This document shows, piece by piece, positions 39,601 through 51,599 of a stretch of 64,000 nucleotides of DNA; within the stretch, counting starts at the first letter, position 1, and each line of letters opens with the position of its first letter. Source of the stretch: Marsupella aquatica (lineage: Eukaryota > Plantae > Marchantiophyta); the NCBI GenBank assembly GCA_973895155.1, contig OZ316896.1:20324754-20388753 (forward strand), in the 5' to 3' direction. A program made the position numbers and the translations under genes. Below the pieces are notes generated by a model that was given only the letters and a program-made list of their open reading frames with translations, had not been told where the DNA came from and did not search any database.

Positions 39601-40300
39601 GTTGCACAGCTACTACTAGGACTACAGCTAATTCCTTACTGAATTCGTTGAGGTCACCACTCCACCTATCTCGAATAACATGAAATGAATTGCCCCAATC
39701 GACAAGTCAGTGGCCAATGGGTCATTTGATTGTCCTGATCAGAAACGTCTGCTCAGTCCAAAGCCTTCCAAGAGCTGGGGCCTCCGTTCACATTCGATGA
39801 TAAGTCCTCCAGAGCTCGTGACCTTCCTCCCACGTCCATGATAACCAATGCTCCACGGCTGGAGAGTTGTCGTGACACGTGATCATTCAGTCCTCCAGAA
39901 GCCGACCAGATGTCCATTCAGGATCACAAGCCCTTCCGGGATCGGAACTGGGAACTCCTCACTTGTGATGATCAGTCGAGTCTCCTCCTCTACATCAGAC
40001 TCCAGCCTTCAACTCAGTCGGCCTCACCTACCAAACCAAACCTGAACCGGAATCTCACAACTCCTCAGGCAATCGGAATGGTTCGCGTGGTTCACCATCT
40101 GCGAATCATCAATTCGTGACTGCAATCCTAGTTCTAATTTCGGTACACTGGTAAGGAATGGCCAGACTGCATGTGGCACGATTGTGCTGCTGCGGTACTT
40201 GGGACAACCGGCGGTCTAATCTGTCTATCATTCTGTCTGTACATTATGTACAACCGGAAATTAATTGGTTGCAAGCATTGCAACCACGCATGACTAGCAA

Positions 40301-40326
40301 GGGGGGGGGGGGGGGGGGGAGGGGGG
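40301..40326. repeat. G19-A-G6 homopolymer (poly-C in the COL 3' UTR)
   Basis: Directly visible, ~50-75 nt downstream of the COL stop codon. Confidence 0.9.
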
Positions 40327-40373
40327 CTACGATTGCCAGTACTCTATCAATCGAGCAGTCCATCTTCATTATA

Positions 40374-41873
40374 TCATGTCGTGACCTCCGTTGTCTCAAG
40401 CCCGGGTGATCTCTTCACAAATCTCCCCTTCATTCTCGGCCGTCGCTCAGCATTCAGCTTCCTGACCTCGTACCTGATTTTCTTGGAAAACAGGCGAGTG
40501 CGTCGCTTCTCCCGGTACCGAATCACTCTCGCTTCCCTCGCATTCCCAGCGTTGATAGCAGAGTCATCTGCCCCCACGCAACTCCCCCCAAGACCACCGG
40601 GGCCGCATCCTCCATACATGGCCGCAGAATAGCCATCCACCCCACCACCACACTGGCTCAAGTCCGGCACCAGGCCCAAATCGTAGCAGCTCCCCATCGC
40701 GTCCGAGCTTGAGTCGTCTGGCACCAGCTGCGAACCGCTGCCATCATCCGTCCACCGCATGCCACGGTCCGGCCACGAGCTCAGTACGTCCTCGTAGTTC
40801 AATCTGAGCGACGGGACATGCCGAAGATCACACTCATTCATTGACAGCCCCTCTATCTTGCATGCGCTCACCGTGCTGCTCAAGGGGTGGTTGGCGGACA
40901 AACCCTGCTGCTGTTGGGCCTGCATACTGTAATTGTGAGCGTACCCCCCGTCTTCCAGCTTCACCCACTCTGACTGTCCGGCAAGGTTCTTGAAAGGCTT
41001 CCCCATTTTGGAGGTCGGGACGCATCCCACTGCACCGGGTTTCTCGTCGTGGCTGTACAGAGCCACAGATTGATCGTGAGCGGATGCCGACTCGCGTAGA
41101 GCAGCTGGGTCGATGCAGTAGTCGTCGTCTGCGCTGCTGATGTCTCGATTGCCGTCGAGGCCTAGCTCCATCCACTCAGTCCCGACGTCATCGTTATCGT
41201 CATCCTCGCCTTCATCCCTTCCACCTCCGGCTGAGCTTGTGGTGGTCGCCGTGCCGGAGTTATTGTTTGGGTCGTTGGGGTCCGAGACGAGAAAATCGTG
41301 CTCGAAATCGGCACCTACGATCATGCCATCGGGATTGGGGCACATTGACGGCGTATCGTCGAGGAGGTTCGCATTCCCTGTGAGCTCCTCGGCTGTGAAG
41401 TGGTCGTCCGAGGGGTCGCCGTGGTGATCGCCCGTGCCGCAATTGCCATGGCTCGACTCTACTTTGACTTCCCGGAGAGCATGGTTGTGGTGGTTTTGTT
41501 CGCCAAAGTACTTCTCGTGCTGTTGGAGTGGCGGTGAAAATGTTGGTCCGTGGCCTGAAGGGACAAGATTCGAATTCGGTTTGCTCTTCAACTTCTTTAG
41601 CTTCGGCGGTGCTGATGACGGGTGTTCGCCGTTGATACGTTTCTCGACTTTCATGGGGGCGCCATTCGGGGTCAGGCGGACACGCTCGTGCCGGAACGCG
41701 AGGGCATTCGCTGCGTGGACCGAGCTATCACAACTATCGCAGAGGTAAGCTTCGTCCGCAGCGCAATACCAACGAGATCGCTTTCGCGCACAGACATCGC
41801 ACGGCCTTGCCGCACGTCCGGCAACCACTGCCATCGTGTTCGCCATCCTCGCTCCTTTATCTCCTCCTCTCAT
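40374..41873 (-). CDS. CONSTANS-like B-box/CCT protein, single-B-box group III type (COL16/BBX15-like), intronless CDS, 499 aa
   Basis: One B-box CDVCARKRSRWYCAADEAYLCDSCDSSVHAANALAFRHERVRL; conserved LRLNYEDVLSSW motif; CCT domain REARVIRYREKRRTRLFSKKIRYEVRKLNAERRPRMKGRFVKR. Confidence 0.95.
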   Translation of the reverse strand: MRGGDKGARMANTMAVVAGRAARPCDVCARKRSRWYCAADEAYLCDSCDSSVHAANALAFRHERVRLTPNGAPMKVEKRINGEHPSSAPPKLKKLKSKPNSNLVPSGHGPTFSPPLQQHEKYFGEQNHHNHALREVKVESSHGNCGTGDHHGDPSDDHFTAEELTGNANLLDDTPSMCPNPDGMIVGADFEHDFLVSDPNDPNNNSGTATTTSSAGGGRDEGEDDDNDDVGTEWMELGLDGNRDISSADDDYCIDPAALRESASAHDQSVALYSHDEKPGAVGCVPTSKMGKPFKNLAGQSEWVKLEDGGYAHNYSMQAQQQQGLSANHPLSSTVSACKIEGLSMNECDLRHVPSLRLNYEDVLSSWPDRGMRWTDDGSGSQLVPDDSSSDAMGSCYDLGLVPDLSQCGGGVDGYSAAMYGGCGPGGLGGSCVGADDSAINAGNAREARVIRYREKRRTRLFSKKIRYEVRKLNAERRPRMKGRFVKRSPGLETTEVTT

Positions 41874-44800
41874 TGCGCTCGCTCTAGAAATCTCAATCTA
41901 GAAAAATCGAACACACTAGTCCTCAACTTGATCTCCTGCTGATTCGCAGGAACGCCAATCTCTCTTTCAAACAACGACCAACGTTTTCACTATTCCCGTG
42001 AGAGGACTCCTCAAATAGAAAGATCTCCGAGCTGCTGACTCTCCCGGGAAGCCCCGTCCCATGCTAGCTACAACATCAGCAATGATCCTCCTCCTTTCCT
42101 TCCAGAGCCAACAGAAAGCAGAATTTATCAACCCTCTTCCCATCAATTCATTTCAACCCAGCTGAGATGCTCAACTGACAGCAGTAGCGAGGTAATAAGG
42201 GGGGAGTCTTTGAGTCATTAACAACTTTCTCCTCGAGAAGTTGGTAGTAGCGCATGCAATCGGTGGCTAGGCTAATATTAACAACCCAACCAGCCCTCCG
42301 ATCAGATCCTGATCGAAGCAAACCAACCCATCTGTCTCATTCATGTCATGTCCAAACAGAAATACAAATCCACGTCTCACAACCTGCTCCGAATCGAGAC
42401 CTGCTCTAATCGCAAACCCCCGTCCGTCCAAGAATTCCGGAATGATGCGAGTCAGAAACTTCTACAAAACTGCTACTCCGGCTCTTCCAACCCGCCGAGG
42501 CGGTGATGATGATGCAATTCTCGTCTACCCTCTCCCATCTGATACCCCTTCCTCCGCTGCGAGACGGCAATCACAAAACTCCACCCAGCTCATGCAGAAC
42601 CCATCCCCGACTCACAACACAGAGCGATCGAACTCCTCACCTCACTTCGCAATCTTGCCTCTCACAGACGAGCAGCGTCACCACTGCATCAGACGGGAAG
42701 GTCGTGAGCGAGAGCTCTAGGTGTATTCCTCGACGAGCCTTCTCAAGTTTCGCATGATGCAAAACCAGACTTGTAACGAGGAGTAATAACACAAACATCG
42801 CGGGGAACAGTCCAGTCTAATCCACTCGAGGCCGCACTTTGGGAACTTACCTTGCAATCCAGGTCCGCCACGTTGCGTGGCATCACTCGCCGGGAGCTGC
42901 ATAGAAATCTTGTCACCTTATCGATTCTCATTGGCCTGTCAACGACACCAGATATTTTGCCTCCTCCGGCCGGGCCGGATATCTTTCCACCCGCAGGTCA
43001 GAAACCCGCTTGCGCCGGTCATGGCGGGCACACGCTCCGGTCGCCGATAAACAGGCTACTGCGGACTGCCCTTCGCGATAAACAAGTATTACACCCAATC
43101 CGGTTACCCGCAATGGTTTCACCCAATCCGGTCAGTTTTACATCTCGTGCGCGATTCGTCCAATCGGAGATCTCCGCCCGTACCGTACTTAATCGGGAGA
43201 GAGTCCGGGAAAGCCCACTTTTGGACGTTTTCGAAAGGTGCCGTCGATGCTCCCCATCTACGGCGCCAGTTGAAATCGAGATTCTGCCATTCGACCGACC
43301 GAAAGGAGCTGTTTGCTTTGGCTGTCGAAAGGACATTTTGAAAATTTCCGTTCGACAAATAACAAGTCGGAAAAACAGGCTGTAAGCTTTGATAGGATCA
43401 CCATTGTTAAGCCCTTTGCTCACATAGAGAATTCAACTTTCGCTAGATGTTTAGAAGCATGTATGTTAAGTTGGATGATATTAATAGAGTGAAACAACTT
43501 GAATTTGATACAAGACGAAGTTGGGATACCCATCGGGACACAAAAGCTTTCGATGAAGATCCCATCTGGCTTACATGGGAGCCAAATAATCCCAGAAAAG
43601 ACTCTTGGGATTTTTTATTTTCTTCTATTTTCATTGTGGTTGTCTCAAATGTGGGGAAACCGCACATGAGCAAGCTCTGCAACGGTTTGCAGGACTGAAA
43701 ATCCTTCTGTTATTGTATGGAGTTCTGCACACTGCTTTAGTAAGCTTCAGCAAAGGTGCAGTTTGGCAAGGAAGAAAATGGAAAGATTAACTGAGTTGTA
43801 TTCCATATTAAGAAATGCCACGTAAGACATAACTACTCGGACAGTGTGAAAATCCACACTATTCTTTTTAGATGCAAGTGATTGATTGCTGATGGTTCTT
43901 ATCTAAAACTGCACCTTAATTTTACATCAAAGTAATGCACTCCATATACCAGAAGATACACCAATACACAATATTTCTGATCTACAAATTTAGTAATTTG
44001 AAGGATAGATGCCCTGGTTCATGTTATGACTGTACATCTGACATAAATTTGATGTACGGTTGACCTAAAGTGTCACTTGGTGAGACCCTTGCACCAAACA
44101 ATGATTATTGAGACTTGCATGGATCACATTGGCAGATTGCTTCTGGCAGCAAAAGGACCTGTTGTGCACTGACCTGTCCCATAAGCATAAACACTAGAGT
44201 TTCCTTTTTCCAATTCAAGGTCACCCGTGGATTCAATCACAATTAAATCCAGATCTCCCATGATGGAGTCCCTATGTGTTTGTTCAAACTATGCAAACAC
44301 CTAGTACTTTCTGCAATTGATATGGGTGCCCTGCCCTCCCTTTGGATCTCTCGATGTTTCGTGATCGTTTGATGTTCATGTCTTCAAGGGTAGAAATGCA
44401 AGACAAATGCATACTGACCCCTGTATGACTCTTGTGTTAACAAGAGTGACTGCACGAATATATTGCCTACGCCATCCATTTAATTACCTTTAGTACATTT
44501 AGCTTTGCAGATACGTCACCAACTAATATGTTGGGTTCATGGCCTCAACAGCCGCTCATTGATGAAAATCGGAAGTCAACTTAGTAAGGCTTACAGTAGC
44601 AGCCCAAATTTTGATCACCGTACCTACTCTACAAGAGTTACTCAAAACACTCACCCACTGGTTAGCTCAAGATCGTCACATTTTTTAATTCCGTATCTTT
44701 CAGGGGGGCCCAAATACATTATTTATCAAGGTGACCAATTTTCTGTCCGGGCACCCGTGTACTGTCTGCCCAATTAGTGGCAGTATGGGAACCCCACGTC

Positions 44801-47800
44801 ATCATCCCACAAAGTCTCAGACTGTTACCCTTCTGCGACTTAAGATACTACTCACTTAAAAACATTAAATCTGACCCGTCCGTGTCTGCCATTGGATGGA
44901 TATCCAATTTAAAGCTGTAGAAAATTCCTTTTCTATCTCCGAAAATCCAAGGGCATTTCGTCCGAGCTTACCATTCGCAAACACGCGTCGACGAGAACCA
45001 CATCCATTTGTCCTAATAAAATACTCCTTATATGTTCCAAATGACGGTTGCCTTTAGCAACTCCTTCCCAAGCTGCACAGGACATATATGATGGTCTATC
45101 AGAGAAACAGTCTTTACTCTAGGAACCGGCGGTTCCCGGTGATGTGCACCGCCTACACGCGGAACCCCGATGTTGAGCATGTACGAGGCCACGTACCGGT
45201 CGTCAGCCTACGATGGTAAGTATCTACGGGCCGGGGCCTAGCGACCCAGGGTAGCCGGTTGAGACGAGAGTCTCTGCCGGTGACCCGAACGGGAGCGGAG
45301 CCAAGACCGGCGGAATAAGAGCCGGCTCACTTGCTGCAGCCGGTGGGATATCCCTGCTTCCCGGCCATTGGACCTCGTGGTCGAATGGAACTCTCAGCGG
45401 GCGCTGTCGGGGGACCTGCCCTTACGACGACCGTATACCTTAAATCAGAAAAGTCAGGCGGAGTGTCGAAAAGTGTACCGTGGGCCCGGAATTGATGGAC
45501 GGTAAGCTCTCCTTTTACCGTGACAGCAAGTTGACGTCAAAAGCGGCCCGGCATACTTGGTGTAAACACCGATATAGTGCGGTTGGTTCCAAGAAGATGC
45601 CCAGCACGCATTTACCGAGTCCGGTCCCACAAAAAAGGACCTTAGATTCACCTCAGGGGTAGCGCTTTGAGGTGGGCCCGTCCCTAGCCGTTGTACTTTG
45701 TGGTAGACTCGTACACTGGCTGTTGTACCTACGGTATTTCTGTTGTCTTTAATTCTCGTTCTACAGTCATAATACGACAGTGGATCTTTTGCGTGTCAAG
45801 AGAATTTTATTTTTTTGGGAACTGGATCCGACCTTTTTCAGTTCCCTTGCCCCAAAGCTTACTCTAGACTCTAGAGGCCCTACGGCTGAGCTTAATGATG
45901 GGCGTTAATAATACCCTGGCCTTCCGGATGCTGCGTCTCTTTTCGGTTCCAAATTAATGAGTTTGTGTCAATTGTGGCCAACTTTGAGGCTTGTGGTCAA
46001 TATGTATTTTTTAAAGCTTGTGGTCATTTTTCCGTCAGGTTTATGTTCAGAAAATTTTCTGGTCTACTCGTGGTTAAAATGTGTTTCAAGAGTACATTAT
46101 TGCTACCTAAGTTTTGGCAGTGCTTCCTAAATTGTCGTACAATAGAAGTTATAGATGTCTCACTTAGCTTCCCAAATTCCTTGATCACAATCATGTGCTA
46201 GTTGCATAAACAAACACCTCACTGACACTAAATACGGATGGCACCCAAAAATGCATCCCTAAGGCAGACAATGCCTACATAGAATCCCAACAAAACTGGC
46301 ATGTTTCTCACATGGGACCTTGGCACGGAGGTCGGGCCATTGGCTCAGCAGGCTCTCTACTAAACTCAATGTCGCTCCCATTACACTGCTTGCCTTAGTT
46401 AGTGTTACTATGAAAGTATTGTGACATGTAAGTAATGTGAGTGACACTATTATATATGTAGAGAAACACTTAAATCAAGGATTCCTGTGAACACGCACTC
46501 AAAAAATTTATAAATGAATGATTAATGTGAATATATTTGTTTAGTTAGGCTCCTTTGATTTAATGCATTCTTTCAGTATGCTGTTGTCCAAAAGTTCCTG
46601 ATTTCCATAACCTCTTGAAATCAGTTTTTCACACCAAAATAGTAGGACCACTCGGGACAACAAGATTCATGGTTTCGTGCAACAATTGGGGTATCAATAC
46701 ACACACCACAAATAGCGTGAGCTGATCTCCATAATACTGGGACTGGTAGCACTAATTAAATCACTCGCAATTCCTGATTTCAAGAGGGACTCAAACTTTG
46801 TTGCGAGCTACACAACTAGTGTTAGTAACACTATCTACTTAAGATAAACAGTGTGCACACCCCTAACCACAGGTAAACCCCCTAGGCAACCATGGGTGGA
46901 ATTTAGATGGCTTATTCCAGAGCATCCTTGTAACTTGTGTTTTGTGTCGATCCCCTTAGCTAGCCATGGGGTGGCCCCGGCAGGACTCTCAGTCTGTTTG
47001 ACTCTCCCGTCAACCTTATGGAATGTACAAGAATCCATCCAGGGGGCCATTGTAGAGTGGCCCTTACAAGAACCCACTAATATAAGTACTAATCCGATGG
47101 TAACTAACCACAACCCTACAGCTCCTAGTGCTCCCAAGGTATGTCATAGTGTGACCTCTCTCTCTACTAGTGCGATCCGAGTTAGTCCTCTTCCTAAGGT
47201 CAGCCACAAGAGACACACTCGTGACCGACATGAGAGAAAATGCTATCAATTCTGCAGGCGGGAGTCCAGCCCCTATCAATTCTACTATCTAAGTCATACA
47301 GCCAGCTACTCACACAAAGTTGGGATCTGAGCAAACAGTGAAGCAGGTCAAGATCCAATTCTCTAAGTTCAGTAGTCCTCAAGTGTGTCAAGGTTAAGTG
47401 CCTGTCGTCACCCAGGGCTTGAGCACATCTTGAATCTCGCTAAGCTAAATCTATAGTTGCTTGGCCTTCTTTGCAGTCCTAGCCATCTCCAACATGGATC
47501 TCAGGTGTGTCTCGGACTGTGTTAAGATGACCCAGCGGCAAGCATCCCAGAAAGTGGGAGTAGGCCGCAACATTCCTCTCCTTCCAGATGGTGTTGCACA
47601 ATTCAAAATTGAGACCATAAGTATGCATGAGGTTGCACTATAAATATAAGTCATGGAAGGAGATTTGGTTGAGAGGAGCGGTGTAAGGACGGGTGAGCTT
47701 AGAGGTGGCAATCAGACTATGATATTGACAGGACATGCCACAAATTGTGAAACAAATTTTCTTGTGTGATTGAACCCTTCCATGTGTCCAAAGACACATA

Positions 47801-48509
47801 GTGCAAGGAGGACCTCCATAGACAGTAGGGGCAGGGACCCGCCACCACCCCCTCCGCCCCCTGCATTCCCCAAAATGCAATGTATGTGAGGAGGAGGTGA
47901 TCAGCCAGGAAAGTAAAGAGGTGGCAAGTTTACTCCTGGGACAAATGGGAGGGAGAGAAACTCACACCCAAGGCCCCTCGAGTAGTGGCGAGTCCAATCT
48001 TAGCAATTTAACAGAAATTCCCAAATTTTCACTTTGTTTAGTTAAAGTGGCAAGCAATATTTTGAGGTAAGAGTTTAACGAAAATGAGCCAATTACAAAT
48101 AAGTCAATTGTGAACAAACTATTTGAAGTGTGTAAACAAAGTCAAAACAGAATCCCCTATTCTCTGGCACAATGATTCATACTAGATGACTCAACGTGTT
48201 TGAAAGGAGATAAGCTCATGATTGCCTAAACTTTCACCAAAGTTTGTCCTTGATAACCCACCTTGGTGTAAGGACAATTCTGACTCTTATTTAATTCATT
48301 GTTTTGCATCCCTTCACCCCCTATATGCGAACTGTAATGAGCCTTTTTCGATTATCATATCAACGCGTATTTAATTGATATAATTTTTATAGAACTTGAT
48401 TATTACATATTTTCACATATATATAATATTTTAAATTGATGCCATTCTAAGTTCTCTGCCCACCAGGGGGTTAAAATCACTCAAATTCATCCTTGAGAGT
48501 GTTCAACCA

Positions 48510-48786
48510 TGTGGGGAGAATTCAGATCCGGAAAACACTCCAGACATACTCTTGCTTAGTTGTTATGTGGTTCGCCCCAAGGTTGACTACGTCCACGAGA
48601 AGACAAAGTTTTATTAACAATTATGTGTTTACTCAATCATCATCATATCTCTTCCTCTTCAAACTCTCATCTCTTGGTATATGTTATGTGTTGTTAAATC
48701 TCTTTGTGTGTTCCTCACATCATTTAGAATTTGGAGAGATAAGAAAGAATCTCTTCAACTAGGATAAGAGTAAACCCTTGTTAACA
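48510..48786 (-). mobile_element. Probable Copia-like solo LTR remnant
   Basis: GTGGTTC..CTACGTCCACG is the reverse complement of the Copia LTR motif GTGGACGTAG..GAACCAC; TG...CA boundaries are possible but no TSD was found. Confidence 0.4.
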
Positions 48787-49037
48787 TACTGACCATAGTT
48801 GAATCCAAGATTGAGTTAACCTCTACAGACCATGGTTATTTTGTAATGGCAAAGTTTTGTCAAATTCTCAGTCATTTGTGGCTCCTAAATTTCTGTTGGA
48901 AGTTTTTAGAGCGTTTAAGGAGAAAAATGCACATCAAGATTTGGAACTAGTTGCACATTATTGAACCTCATCTCTACTTTTACTAAAAATAGTAAAAAGA
49001 AGAAGTCTATTAGATTTTTAATTGCAAGAATTTCCTA

Positions 49038-51388
49038 TTACCAGAGCATTATTGACAATAATAGACCCTCAAAACTTGAGCTAAAGCTGTCATTTCTTAG
49101 GGAAATATGGCTAACAATACCTTGTAAACTATAGTTACTACACTCAAAAGGCCCTTGAAAAAAACCCAAATTCAGAATGGGGTTTTCTCCCCTTGACAAC
49201 TATTATAGTTGTGTTGTTTGAATAGGACAATGTCCTTGTTAGAGGGCATTGTATTGTGAGATATACTGCCCCCCCCCCCCCAAACAAAGGAGGTAGCCCA
49301 AGTTTTGAAGGGCATTATTCTCATAAGGACCCTAATTAGTACATTACATGTATAATAACTTGAGTAATTGTTTTTGGTAACAGACAAGATAAAGTGAATA
49401 TCTAATATAAAAAACTAAAGTTAAAGGGCTATGCAAGAGAACTTAAAGCCCTCATGGACAAACATGTTTGGAAAAAAGCCTGGATGGGCACACACACAAC
49501 CCAGATAGACACAACCCGAACTTCATTTTTTGCTCATGTAACACACTTTTTGATTGTGATCCCAAAGTGACCTGTAAGGAGGTATGTGACCGGGACCAAT
49601 CAATATTCAGTTGATTCTTCGAGTAGTCTGTCCACTTTTTCCTCCTTGCAAGGATGTGGTGACCGTCCAACTCAACCATATGGTCTAAAGCAAGGTTTCC
49701 TTCCATAAATGAAAGAACTAAATCTGTTTGTTAGGTGTAATTGGAGATTCTTCTTACAGTGTCACATGGTTGTGTCCATCTGGGTCATCCCAACAAACCT
49801 GTGTGTCCATGAGGACTTTAAGTTCCTATGCAAGAAGTGGTTGTGTAATTGGCAAAAAATATGAAGGAAATTAAAAGAAAATCTTGTGATCTTTGATACA
49901 TTTTATTATTTTATTTTATATGGTAAAACTATATTTGTGTTTTACATTTATTACATTTATGGTTTTATCGAAATCCCCTCCTCAAAAGTAGGGAGGTTGT
50001 ATGAAAAATTAATGTACTCAAAACTAGAAAGGGAAAAATCACAAAAGTATTTACATTATGGTTTGTTCCCTTTTTAATAAAATACAAAGAAAATATTTGG
50101 AGAAAGTTTTCACACCACCACCTCAAAATGAGCTCCCCACACAACTAGGGAGACCGAAAGGCTCCACATAAATTAAAAAGATCCTGGAATTTCGGGACTC
50201 TTTCCTTCCTCCTTACAAGGTGAGTTATTTTCAGAAGCCTAAAAATAAAAACCTGGCCCCATGCGGCCATGGCATCTTACCTAAAGGTTCACATAAATCT
50301 CCTATGTGAACCTCACTTAATTTTGGCACTTACCTAAAGTAAATGGGCTGAGGCGGTGCAGATATCAACAAGTTGACCCACTCTGACTGTGTAGGTATCT
50401 AGCTACTATCCAAGGCGGTGCAGATATTTTTGATTTACCAGTTGGGAACTTGGGATGGGAAGGGAAAGGGAGAAATGATGCCCAACGAAACCTTTGAAAA
50501 GCTCACATAAATATCCACGTAAACTTGAAGACTAAGATAATATCTAAGATTGCCCAATGAGATTGCACCTCCACAACACCAAGGGATAGCTTACATGCAA
50601 TCATATGCAACCAATGAGATTGCTTGCAGCTGATCTGGGGTCCAGGCCAAAAGGAACTTTCTGATTTTTGAACGACCGAAATTAATGATGGTTTACAAGG
50701 TGGTCAGTTTCTCTCTACAATGTGCTTTCTGAAAGTGAGTTATGCATAGAGTTCCTATCTTCAAATCTGCACTTGCCACGTTTCATTGACTTCATGCCCT
50801 TCGTGATTTTTTTCTTCGTATTTATTGGGTTTCGATGGAGTGGATGCCTACCGGTAGTCAAGAAGATTCTACTCTAGGTTTACCGAAAATCATATAGTAA
50901 AAATAAAAAGCATTTAGTGTTGAAGTGTATGAACTATGAAGTTTCTGTTAGCACAGTATTATGGACAATAATGGTGCCCCAAAACTCAAGCTGGTGAAGT
51001 TTTACAGGGCATTACATCTTGTCATTCCCTGCAAACAGGAGTTTACTGTACACAAAATTCGACGTTTTTCTTGCTCTCAGGTTGGGTTTCCCTTTTTTTT
51101 CCTGACCCCACCCGCTCCCAAAAACTTAAACAAAGAAAACTTATTTTGTGATTTTTCTCTTTGTAATTTCGGGTGCACTTTATAAGAATAATTCATACTC
51201 AGGATTGGATAGGCTCATAGTGAGAATTTCTCCTCTACTTTAGTGCAAATTATAACAGAAAACATCTCTTAGGCCTTTAAGTATACTAATGTCTTGTTAC
51301 CAGAGCATTATGTGCCATGATAGCCTCTCAAAACTTGAGCTAAAGGCCTCACTTTTCAAGGAATTATGGTTCACAATGCGCTGTAACC
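49038..51388. repeat. Two dispersed copies of a ~90-bp element (49038-49129 and 51297-51388)
   Basis: Both copies share TTACCAGAGCATTAT..ATAG..CTCAAAACTTGAGCTAAAG..GGAA.TATGG..CAAT..TGTAA. Confidence 0.7.
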
Positions 51389-51441
51389 ACTTGGGATGTT
51401 ACTATATTCTTAGATTTCATGGTCCTTGTCACAATTCCCTT

Positions 51442-51599
51442 GAGGGATTTGCTTGATGTGACCCCAAAATGAACATGTTACTTGATAGGACCCTTGAGTG
51501 ATCCCTACTGTTGATTGACCTTGAATCAACATACCCAAAACTTCATGGGTCCTATCAAGTAATGCAATTCATTTTGGGGTTTCATCAAGCAAATCCCTC
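51442..51599. mobile_element. 158-bp foldback Mutator-type MITE
   Basis: Arms pair along almost the whole length (GAGGGATTTGCTTGATG/CATCAAGCAAATCCCTC; ACCCCAAAATGAA/TTCATTTTGGGGT; TTACTTGATAGGACCC/GGGTCCTATCAAGTAA); 10-bp flanks CAATTCCCTT/CATTTCCCTT (9/10). Confidence 0.8.
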
